Assembly (NCBI GenBank): GCA_951406725.2 | Contig: OX597815.1 | Coordinates: 127,596,001 to 127,660,000 of the forward strand | Direction of reading: 5' to 3' | From: Octopus vulgaris | Lineage: Eukaryota | Length of the DNA stretch: 64,000 bases | In this document: positions 1 through 16,401 of the stretch, in pieces | Position numbering within the stretch: position 1 is the stretch's first letter | How the letters are laid out: every line of letters begins with the position of its first letter | Notes under the pieces: model-generated | The model's input: the letters and a program-made list of their open reading frames with translations, nothing else | What the model was told of the DNA's origin: nothing | Database searches by the model: none | Program-made: the position numbers and the translations under genes

Positions 1-461
1 CAGTGGGAGGGGTGGTTCAGAGGACAGGTTCTAGGCAAGTAGAACGTAGGATATCGAGAGAGGGGTAATGCATGGTGAATAGCGTATTGAAGAGGGGGTT
101 CAAAGAGTAGACACCTATAATGGTGGTGGGGGGTGCAGAAATATAGGGGAGCACCAGTGGGAGGGGTGGTTCAGAGGACAGGTTCTAGGCAAGTAGAACG
201 TAGGATATCGAGAGAGGGGTAATGCATGGTGAAATAGCGTATTGAAGAGGGGGTTCAAAGAGTAGACACCTATAATGGTGGTGGGGGGATGCAGAAATAT
301 AGGGGAGCACCAGTGGGGGGGGTGAGCACCAGTGGGAGGGGTGGTCCAGAGGACAGGTTCTAGGCAAGTAGAACGTAGGATATCGAGAGAGGGGTAATGC
401 ATGGTGAAATAGCGTATTGAAGAGGGGGGTTCAAAGAGTAGACACCTATAATGGTGGTGGG
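1..461. repeat. ~154-bp tandem repeat, about 3 copies
   Basis: Unit CAGTGGGAGGGGTGG...GGGGAGCAC starts at 1, 155 and 330, with an extra 19-bp partial duplication at 311. Confidence 0.9.
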
Positions 462-540
462 AGAAAACGACATCCGGTATAGTTGGAGCAAAATAGAGAT
501 ATCCGGTATTGGTGGTGGGGGGTGGGTAGGGGCGGGCGCG

Positions 541-1078
541 CCGCGAAGAATCGGCAGCCAATTTCTATAAGGGAGATAGATCTTAAAATATCTATAACGA
601 TAACTAGTGAATTATACAGAATATGCAAAACGAGGCGAGGCTGAAATAGTAAACAGAGTGGCGACTAGGGGGATCAGAATAATAATAATTAATAAATAAT
701 AATAATAAATAGAGATACTGATGAATTAAAGTTCAAAGATTTCTTATCTTGAGATCACTTCGTTTACGGACAGACTTGGCAAAAGGAATTCGGAATCAAG
801 AATGAGGCAGTTTACTAGCTTAAGTATGCATAGCCATGGCGGGTGGTAGGAAGAGAGGAGTCCAGACAGACGACAATGTAACAGGAGGGGGAGAGAAGGG
901 AAGAGAAAAAAACCCCGCGAAGAATCGGCAGCCAATTTCTATAAGGGAGATAGATCTTAAAATATCTATAACGATAACTAGTGAATTATACAGAATATGC
1001 AAAACGAGGCGAGGCTGAAATAGTAAACAGAGTGGCGACTAGGGGGATCAGAATAATAATAATTAATAAATAATAATA
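541..1078. repeat. ~164-bp direct repeat pair (541-704 and 915-1078) ending in (AAT)n
   Basis: Essentially identical CCGCGAAGAATCGGCAGCC...GGGGGATCAGAATAATAAT copies separated by about 210 bp. Confidence 0.9.
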
Positions 1079-1172
1079 TGTATATATATATGTATATATA
1101 TATGTATGTATATATATATGTATATATGTATGTATATATGTATGTATATATATATGTATATATATATGTATG

Positions 1173-1203
<31 letters not shown>

Positions 1204-1268
1204 ATATATATGTATATATGTATATATATATGTATGTATATATATATGTATGTATATATATATGTATG

Positions 1269-1301
<33 letters not shown>

Positions 1302-1463
1302 GTATATATACATATGTATGTATATATATATGTATGTATGTATATATGTATGTATGTATATATATATATATGTATATATATATACATATGTATATATATA
1401 TGTATGTATGTATATATGTATGTATGTATATATACGTATGTATGTATATATATATACATATGT

Positions 1464-1511
<48 letters not shown>

Positions 1512-1522
1512 GTATATATATG

Positions 1523-1554
<32 letters not shown>

Positions 1555-1662
1555 TATGTATGTATATATATATATGTATGTATATGTATATATATATATA
1601 TATATGTATGTATATATATATATGTATGTATATATATATGTATGTATATATATATATGTATG

Positions 1663-1702
<40 letters not shown>

Positions 1703-1710
1703 TATGTATG

Positions 1711-1741
<31 letters not shown>

Positions 1742-2014
1742 GTATATATATGTATGTATGTATATATACATATGTATGTATGTATGTATACATATGTATG
1801 TATATATATGTATGTATGTATATATATATATGTATGTATATATATATGTATGTATATATATATGTATGTATATGTATATATGTGTATGTATATGTATATA
1901 TGTGTATGTATATGTATATATGTATATATATATGTATGTATGTATATATACATATGTATGTATGTATGTATACATATGTATGTATGTATGTATGTATATA
2001 TACATATGTATGTA
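1079..2014. repeat. (TA)n/(TATG)n microsatellite
   Basis: Direct inspection. Confidence 0.98.
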
Positions 2015-2496
2015 TGGGAGAGGCTTAGGGAACTCAATTTGTACTCCTTGGAACGAAGACGAGAGAGATATGCAGTGATATACATATGGAAAATCCTGGA
2101 GGGACTAGCACCAAATTTTGGAATTGAGAGCTGTTCCAATCCCCGTACAGGACGTCACTGTGTGGTGCCAAAGGTCACGTCTTCCACATCCAGGGTAAGG
2201 AGCAGATACTGTAATAGCCTGGGGTTCAGGGGCCCTCAGCTGTTCAACAAACTGCCAAGAAAACTAAGAGATCTACATGATGCGGATGTGGACATTTTCA
2301 AAAAACATCTAGACAAGCTGCTTTCCGGGATCCCAGATGAACCCACTGCAAGGTACGAAGGTAACCTAAGGGCAGCAGCTACAAACTCTCTCTTAGATCA
2401 GTGGCCAGCCACGGCAAACTGGACTTAGAGAGGGTAGCAACAAGGGCGGTGCCCCAGCATGGCCTCAGCCGGATGGCTGAAACAAGTAAAAGAGTA
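2015..2496 (+). mobile_element. CR1-group LINE 3' fragment with 3' stem-loop tail
   Basis: [19 protein letters not shown]...[13 protein letters not shown]...IPDEPT, stop at 2428. Tail GGCGGTGCCCCAGCATGGCCTCAGCCGGATGGCTGAAAC. Confidence 0.9.
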
Positions 2497-2500
2497 TACA

Positions 2501-2534
<34 letters not shown>

Positions 2535-2666
2535 CATATATACATATATATATATACATACGTATGTATGTATGTATATATACATACGTATGTATGTATG
2601 TATATATACATACGTATGTATGTATGTATATATATATATACGTATGTATGTATGTATATATACATG

Positions 2667-2706
<40 letters not shown>

Positions 2707-2720
2707 CATATATATGTGTA

Positions 2721-3891
2721 TAGAAAAACTAGAAGTAGTTGATAGCTTCCGCTACCTAGGTGACCATGTCAGTAGCAGGGGTGGGTGTGCTGAAAGTGTA
2801 ACTGCTAGAGTAAGAATAGCCTGGGCAAAGTTTAGGGAGCTCTTACCCCTGCTGCTGACAAAAGGCCTCTCGCTCAGAGTAAAAGGCAGACTGTATGATG
2901 CATGTGTACGTACAGCCATGCTCCATGGTAGTGAAACATGGGCTGTGACTGCTGAGGATATGCGTAAGCTCACAAGAAATGAAGCCAGTATGCTCCGATG
3001 GATGTGTAATGTCAGTGTTCATAATCAACAGAGTGTAAGTACCTTGAGAGAAAAGTTGGACCTAAGAAGCATCAGTTGTTGTGTGCAAGAGAGATGTTTG
3101 CGCTGGTATGGTCATGTGATGAGAATGGCTGAAGATAGTTGTGTGCAAAAGTGCCACACCCTAGCAGTTGACGGAACCTGTGGAAGAGGTAGACCCAGGA
3201 AAACCTGGGATGAGGTGGTGAAGCACGACCTTCGAACTTTAGGTCTCACCAAGGAAATGACTAGAGACCGAGACCTATGGAAGTATGCTGTGCGTGAGAA
3301 GACCCGGCAAGACTAGTGAGACCATAACCTGTGGCCTCTACCTGATATGTAGCCAGTCGACTTATACATACCTTTCCTTCTTGGGACACAAAACTCCACA
3401 TGTGAAGACCCGTTGAGGCAAGTGAAAATCAAAATCAAAATCAAATCAGATATCAGAAAGCAGAACCAAAATCGAAGTCGATCAACATCAATGGAAATTG
3501 CAGCTGTGATACCAGTGCCGGTGACAAGTAAGCGAACCATCCGATCGTGGCCGTGGCCAGCGCCGCCCCAACTGGCCTCCGTGCCGGTGGCACATAAAAA
3601 GCACCATCCGTTCCTGGCCGTTGCCAGCCCCGCCTGGCACCCGTGCCGGTGGCACGTAAAAAGCACCATCCGTCCGTGGCCGATTGCCAGCTCTGTCTGG
3701 CACCTGTGCGGGTGGCACGTAAAAAGCACCCACTACACTCACGGAGTGGTTGGCATTAGGAAGGGCATCCAGCCGTAGAAATACTGCCAGATCAGACTGG
3801 GCCTGATGCAGCCTTCTGGCTTCACAAACCCCAGTTGAACGGTCCAACCCATGCTTGCATGGAAAGCGGACGCTAAATGATGATGATGATG
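2721..3891 (+). mobile_element. RTE-clade LINE 3' fragment (RT C-terminus and 3' UTR)
   Basis: [11 protein letters not shown]...LHGSETW...LRWYGHV...RGRPRKTW, stop at 3316. Ends in a (TGA)n tail. Confidence 0.93.
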
Positions 3892-3898
3892 ATATATG

Positions 3899-3930
<32 letters not shown>

Positions 3931-3931
<1 letters not shown>

Positions 3932-4251
3932 TTGCCATCAAGATGTAGGACAAGATACTGTGATAGCCTGGGCTTCCGAGGCCCACAGCTCTTCAATATC
4001 CTCCCGAAGAACCTAAGAGACCTGCATGGGGTGGATGCAGATGTCTTTAAAATGAAACTGGATCTCTTCTTGTCAGGTGTCCCAGATGAACTAACTTCAT
4101 GGCAGGAGGTGCAGATGAGGGCAGCTGCATCGAACTCTCTCATGCACCAGATGGCAATTGCTAAAAAGCATTCGTGAAGTAAAATCATGTAGGAAGACCA
4201 AATGGCGGTGCCCCAGCATGGCCACAGCTTGCGAGCTGAAACTAAATAAAA
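3931..4251 (+). mobile_element. CR1-group LINE 3' fragment
   Basis: [24 protein letters not shown]...; nearly identical to the 3' end of the 10382-11634 copy and has the same tail. Confidence 0.9.
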
Positions 4252-4264
4252 TTTTTAAAAAACG

Positions 4265-4288
4265 TATATATATATGTATATATACATA

Positions 4289-4335
<47 letters not shown>

Positions 4336-4336
4336 G

Positions 4337-4367
<31 letters not shown>

Positions 4368-4490
4368 GTATATGTATATATATGTATGTATATATATATG
4401 TATATATATATGTATGTATATATATGTATATATATATGTATGTATATATATGTATATATATATATGTATATATATATGTATATATATATG

Positions 4491-4523
<33 letters not shown>

Positions 4524-4574
4524 GTATATATATATATGTATATATATGTATATATATATATATGTATATATATG

Positions 4575-4611
<37 letters not shown>

Positions 4612-4745
4612 GTATATATATATATGTATATATATGTATATATATATATGTATATATATGTATATATATATATGTATGTATATATATGTATATATATGTA
4701 TGTATATATATGTATATATATATATGTATATATATATAAATATGT

Positions 4746-4790
<45 letters not shown>

Positions 4791-4812
4791 AATATGTATA
4801 CATATATATATG
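4265..4812. repeat. (TA)n/(TATG)n microsatellite
   Basis: Direct inspection. Confidence 0.97.
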
Positions 4813-4854
4813 TGTGTGTGCAACATCGCTGGGAACAAACACACACACATACAT

Positions 4855-5013
4855 ATATACGATGGGCTTCTTTCAGTTTCCGTCTACCAAATCCACTCAC
4901 AAGTCTATTGTCAGCTCGAGGCTATCTAGTATAGGTGTCACGCTGTGGCACCTTGGGCAAGGGAACCGTGTGGTTCGTAAGCAAGCTACTTACCACACAC
5001 CCACTCCTACGCT
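4855..5013 (-). mobile_element. tRNA-derived SINE, 5' half
   Basis: Homologous to the head region of the 7611-8016 SINE. Confidence 0.75.
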
Positions 5014-5728
5014 TATATGTATATGATTATAGACTATGATGAGCAACCCCATTATATAACCAAGGATTGGATTGATTGATTGATTAATTAATTAATTAGT
5101 TAGCTGTTTAATAAGTTGAGCTAGTTAAATCTAGAGTTACTTCCCTTCGTTTTATTTATTTATATATATATAACCCAACTGCCCCCACATCTCTTAAATA
5201 TAATAGTAAAAGTAGTTAGATAAATAAATAGATGGATTGATATTTTTAAGGACTAAATGACTAAGGAGTTTATTAAGTGACTTAACAATATTACATGGAA
5301 ACTTGCATTTGGCAGATGGAGCCTTTCATTTGAAACAATTTGTCAGAGTTTGAACATAATTTGAGGCAATTTGTCAGATATAATAGATTTTGAACATATT
5401 TTTAACGATAATGACTACAATTTGCTAATATGTAGGTATACTTATATATAGAAGAGAATATGTGAGGATTCGGAGATTGAATTCTGGGCGTAATTTTTTG
5501 CGATTAACGACATGCTGTGACGATATATACACCCACTTTTGATGTTTTGTCCCTAGTTTGAGTTATGTCCAACTAGCTTCCTTCATGTATTTTAACCATA
5601 TAGTACCCATATAAGTTAGTAAATATATTAATGATTCACATAGTTAGATTTATACATATAATATTGCATAAAGTTTATTTTAAAATAAATATGTGATAAT
5701 TTATCTCTCATATTTTTTTTTTTTTTTG

Positions 5729-5944
5729 TACTTGTTTCAGTCATTTGACTGCGGCCATGCTGGAGCACCGCCTTTTAGAGTGGTGAAAGAGTACAGCAGG
5801 GATCACCACCATACCCTGCCGGAGCCTCGTGGAGCTTTTAGGTGTTTTCGCTCAATAAACACACACAACGCCCGGTCTGGGAATCGAAACCGCGATCCTC
5901 CGACCGCAAGTCCGCTGCCCTAACCACTAGGCCATTGCGCCTCC
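5729..5944 (-). mobile_element. tRNA-derived SINE (resembles octopus OR-type)
   Basis: Minus strand GGAGGCGCAA-TGGCCTAGTGG (A box)...GTTTCGATTCC (B box). Ends in the CR1-like tail GGCGGTGCTCCAGCATGGCCGCAGTCAAATGACTGAAACAAGTA. Confidence 0.85.
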
Positions 5945-5967
5945 TATATTAAATAATATCCCCGTAA

Positions 5968-6365
5968 TCTTTATATATAAAAGTGAAGTTGTGTGTCTGT
6001 CTCCTAAGATTTAGATTCCTAACTACTCCCACATTTTGCGGTGCAGTGTAACCAAAAGCGGGTATCTTATAGTCGTGATGCATATCGAGCCCTTCTGGGT
6101 ATTAGCGTGCGTCTACGATGAGTCTATGATTTGAAAAAAAATTACCATAATTTTTCCGTATTTTTAATGCATTTTCGCTCGGTTTATATAAGGGAAGTAA
6201 CTCTCTAAAAATTTATTATTAAATCTCAGAACGTAAAAAGCTACAGTAACACCCCCCCGTTTGTGGTTAGCCATATTGGGATGGCTATTATACTATACAT
6301 CTCTAAAAATGCTTAATATAGTTATTTCCCTTACAAACCCGAGCAACGCCGGGCGATACTGCTAG
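5968..6365 (+). mobile_element. Non-autonomous Helitron (family A)
   Basis: A|TC 5' end, subterminal hairpin CCCGAGCAACGCCGGG, CTAG|T 3' end, no TSD. The first ~230 bp match the sequence from 27504. Confidence 0.88.
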
Positions 6366-6535
6366 TGTTATATAAAGTTTTTTTAAATAAATTTCTGATA
6401 ACGTATTTCTCATCCTTAAAATCCTTTAAAATGTTTTAGCCCGAAGGCCGCAGCCATGCTGGAGCACCACCGCTGAAATAATATTAAAATAATATCCCCT
6501 TAGTATATCACTTTAACCTTAAATTCATATATATA

Positions 6536-6596
<61 letters not shown>

Positions 6597-6908
6597 CCTT
6601 ACTGCCACTTGTGCCCATGCTAGTAGGGTGCCAAGAGCACCATCCAAGCGTGATCGTTGCCAGAGCGGCTAACTGGTTTCCGTGCCGGTGGCACGTAAAA
6701 GGCCACCATTTGAGCGTAATTGTTACCAGCGTCGCCTTACTGGCACCTGTGCCGGTGGTACGTAAAAAGCATCCACTACACTCTCGGAGTGGTTGGTGTT
6801 AGGAAGGGCACCCAGCTGTAGATGGTGCAGCCATCTGGTTCGCCAGCCCTCAGTTAAAATCATCCAACCCATGCTAGCATGGAAAGCGGACGTTAAACGA
6901 TGATGATG
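6597..6908 (+). mobile_element. RTE LINE 3' UTR fragment
   Basis: GTGCCGGTGGCACGTAAAA units, GGTTGGTGTTAGGAAGGGCA motif and (TGA)n tail, as in 3500-3891. Confidence 0.85.
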
Positions 6909-7569
6909 GTATATATATATATATATGTATTTATACATGAATTCACTACATTTTGTTTTGTTTTTGTTTTATTTATATACATTTTATATATGTGTGTGTG
7001 TGTGTGACGATACTTCCGCTCTGACTGTCTTTCTGGCCTGGCCTTTCAAGGTAACTGGACGACATTCTTCCTGCTCCCCTGTCGTTCACAAAAAATTCTG
7101 CGTTTGCAATACTTTTTTCGTTCGGCGTCAACAGCCCTTCTTATCTTGTTTTTCCCTGTCTTGTCTTTTACTGTTTATATTTTTGTACTGTCGTTACTGT
7201 CCTGTTTTTTTACCGTTTTTTTACCATTTTTTACCCCTCTGCAAAAAGATCTCAGAATTTTAATTGATTTGCTTTTCGCAGGAAGGAAAGTTTCTTGTCG
7301 AAGATACGTCTCGCTTTTATCCTTCGGAACGTAGAGTAGATGAAACCATAGCGACTGAAGAAGGGGTTTTTTCTTTGTGTTAATTGTCCTGTACTCCGTT
7401 TTTTTGTTGTTTTTAAAAAAATTTCCAGTTCCTTTGGTTTGTGTCTATGTTTTCGTTTCTCTTTGTGTTCGACGTCCCTTCGGTGTCCTGTACTCATATA
7501 TGCGTGTATATGTACATGTAGAGGTAGGTACGTACATATATGTTTATATATATGCATATGTTTTATTTC

Positions 7570-9103
<1,534 letters not shown>

Positions 9104-9930
9104 TTGCCTAATTTGTTTTATTTCATCAGTTATCAATTAACCAAATATAACTAAGGCAAGGCTGTTCAAAACAATAGATGACCAATTAGATTACATAACT
9201 GAACAAAAATACCCCCTCCCACTTCCCACAGGATTTCAACTACTGCATAAAGAAAAAAATAACGGAGAAATAAACATCTCACATGTTTATATGAAAATAT
9301 ATATAAGTTTGTGTATTATTGTTATATTAATTAATTATAATGATACAAACTACTGCACTAATCTTCCCTTCTAAACACATCTAATACGTATGTACCTATG
9401 AGTATGTTTGAGCAGAAGTATATATGTATCAAGATTAATCAGCTGAAATTGCAATTATGATCCGGTTCTTGACTGAGGATAGAAAGCTTCGAATGACCCA
9501 TCCTTGTGTTTTTTGTATTGTCTATCTGGATGTTTTGTTGTCCCTTTTTGTATCACCTAGCTGTCCGGATGTTTTGCGTTCTTGTCCCATTTTGTATTTT
9601 ATATGTGTGTGTGTATGTATGTACATATATATGTATGTTCCTCATGTATATGCAGTTTCATTCTTACATAACTAAAATAACTTTAAGATATATTGATTTT
9701 ATAAATTACAATAATATTCCTCTTATAACTTTTTCTATACCTCTGTTTATATTTTATCTAATATGAATAATATAATGCATCTAATAATGATAATAATAAT
9801 AATAATAATAATTGATTCTTTTGTATGCATATACATGCAAATATTCTTGTACATTTAAGTGTAGATATATGAAGTATGTATATATGTGTGTGTATTTATA
9901 TTTATAACTTAACCTTATGTACTTTCTAAA

Positions 9931-10054
9931 ATTTCTGATGAAGCCTAGAGAAACACGCAAGTACTTCAATTTCATCTACTAATTACTTCAGTCCCCTGGA
10001 GGGATAAAAGTAGAATGAGGTATTTTTGCCTCTTGGCTGAAACAGCTGTAAGAT
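9931..10054 (+). ncRNA. Putative minimal type-I hammerhead ribozyme with long loop II
   Basis: Stem I ATTT/AGAT; CTGATGA at 9935-9941; stem II AGCCTAGAG/CTCTTGGCT (8 of 9 paired); GAAA; palindromic stem III ACAGCTGT; GTA cleavage triplet. Confidence 0.68.
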
Positions 10055-10281
10055 ATTATCCCAATTTTTGTTCCTGTATGTTATATATTTTAATAATTAC
10101 TGATATCTTTATATATCATATATGTAAAGCATAATATGTTATACATGTATGTATATTGTTATAATTGCCATTTTAGTAAATGAATACATAAATTGACATA
10201 ATATATCTAAAAGTTGATGAATATCACCTATTGATCCCCTCCATTTTCTTATTGCTCTCTCTCTTTCTCTCGCTATATATA

Positions 10282-10381
10282 NNNNNNNNNNNNNNNNNNN
10301 NNNNNNNNNNNNNNNNNNNNNNNNNNNNNNNNNNNNNNNNNNNNNNNNNNNNNNNNNNNNNNNNNNNNNNNNNNNNNNNNN
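10282..10381. other. Assembly gap (100 N)
   Basis: Run of N. Confidence 1.
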
Positions 10382-14370
<3,989 letters not shown>

Positions 14371-14666
14371 TTATATTATTTATCTAGTTTCAGCTCACTA
14401 GCTGTGGTCATGCTGGGGCACCGCCATTAAGATATATATATATATATATATATATATGATATATATTTACATATACACACACATAATATATAATTATATA
14501 TACATATACACACACACATATATATATGTATATATATACATATAGTTAATCCAAACATGAAAACACAAAGAGAGAACACAACGCGAGGACGTTGAACATG
14601 TATAGTATTATTGGACGCTTAGGAAAGAAGGAGACACTAACCCTAACCCCTAACACTAACCCTAGG

Positions 14667-16400
14667 GATCCTGTTTTTTGTGTGCTGGCCCTGCACACTG
14701 GGACATATTTGTCACATATTGCTTGTATTATGGACATGAAACGTTTGTATTTCATGTCAATGTCTGGTGTGGAAAGACATTTAGGCCAATCCTGTTTGAG
14801 GATCTCTTTCTCAATCAACTTCCAATTTGCTTTATGAAAGGTTAGTTTGGAGAGATTGTGGATGCTTCGTATAGGCTGTGTCGCTGGGGGGGGGGATGCT
14901 TTTGGTCCATACATAGACAGATCTATTATGTTGTGATCTGAGACCATTGTCAACATCACTTTAACATAATGGATAATATCCATATTATTTGTGAAGCAGA
15001 GATCCAGTATATTATTTGCCCTGGTCGGTTGCAGCACTATTTGCTCCATGAAAGAGGCATTTGTGAGATGGAGCAGGGACTCTGCCTGTGCATGCTGATG
15101 GTGTGTCATCCCTGGGAGCATCTTCCCCCCAGGCCTTTCCTCATTGGGGAAGTTAAAGTCACCGCATGAAGAATACACTGTTGTGTTGTTCCAGTTTGGT
15201 GAGAACTTCTATTTTTGTTAGGCAGTCTTTAAACATGCCTGTGTGATTTGGGGCATCCGGTCGGTGATATGTAGTACATATGACGATATTCAGTTGCCCT
15301 ATGTGTACAATTTGAGTGTCACACACTGAGTTTGAATATGACAACATGACCTGGGACATGAGATCATCTCGGATGTACACTGCAACTCCATGACTCCTCT
15401 CTTTTCTATCTGAGCGTATGATAACATATTGCGGTATGTTTATTTCTGCATCCCCTATATCAGGTCCAAGATATGTTTCTATGAGTGCCATGCATAGGGC
15501 TTGATTGCATGCTGCAAGGTCTCTCAGGAATGAGATTTTCCTTTTACAGTTGCTGCCCTCCTACGTTCAGTAGAAATATTTTTGTGGTGTGTGTGTTGGT
15601 GTTTGTGGTGGCCATCCTGCATCTGTTGGTGGTGGCCTTATGTGGTAGTAGTTCCAGCTTTGTGTCTGTAGCCAGGGCAGCTGCTGGACAATTTTTTGTG
15701 CTATGCACAAAAAAGATTACTGTTCAGCTGCTGCCCTTCTCACATCTGGGTGAAGCTGGCCATTTGTTGGGCTATGCAGTATCCTTTTTGGACTGCACAC
15801 TACATCCGCATATCATCTTTCAGGAGTAGTCAGTGCCCCGTTTTTCCTTCTTTGATATTTTTTTTTCTTTTTGTCCCCCTCATGGGAGGGATTTTTGTCT
15901 TGGGTTCATGCAGTTTTAGCAGGGCTTCTAATGTGCAAAACGACAGTTTGCACCATCATCGCCAAGCCAGCAGTCTCCTTTCAGGTAGAATTTGCAGATG
16001 CTCCTGCTTTTGCCCTTGTAGCTCTTGCTGGGGCTCATCTGTTTTTTCTGAATAGTTTTTGTTGTTTTTGTTTTCTTTTCTTTTACCTCTTGCTTTCCGT
16101 CGATTTTAAGGTGCTTTCCTTTTTTTTTGGCCATCACACCTCTTTGGTCTTAAGTTGTGTTTCCCATGGTTGCAGGTCTCTCAGTTGTGTCTTTTGTTGG
16201 GCCCCGGATGCTTTCTCCATCCTTTTTGTCATCCCTGGTGCAGTCACCTCCCAAGATGATGTCCAGTGTGTCCATGTATTCCCTAATTAGAGCATATGAA
16301 CAGAGGAATTCGCATTTCTCTTGCTCTATCTGGGCGGTGGTCCTGGAGAAATCATTGCTTTTAAGTGCCGTTGCAATGATATTGTTTGGGGAGTCACCTT
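14667..16400 (-). mobile_element. Degraded CR1-group LINE 5' part (CCCH finger and APE endonuclease)
   Basis: CKFYLKGDCWLGDDGANCRFAH, ALIETYL...RSDRKERSHG, GDFN, ILDLCFTNN and SDHN, with frameshifts. Homologous to 22174-24092. Confidence 0.88.
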
Positions 16401-16401
16401 A

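Noticed and set aside
3515-3730. CRISPR array
   Set aside because: Eukaryotic context with no cas genes. The spacers are mutually related and lie inside an RTE 3' UTR.
5870-5944. tRNA gene
   Set aside because: It has A and B boxes but no proper acceptor stem, and it continues into a SINE body and LINE-like tail.
9426-9498. Permuted hammerhead (GTA-TCAAGA...TCTTGA-CTGAGGA), also near 28470-28545 minus and a similar one at 7305-7360
   Set aside because: Stem I and CTGANGA are present, but there is no correctly placed stem II, GAAA or stem III. Treated as an unclassified repeat.
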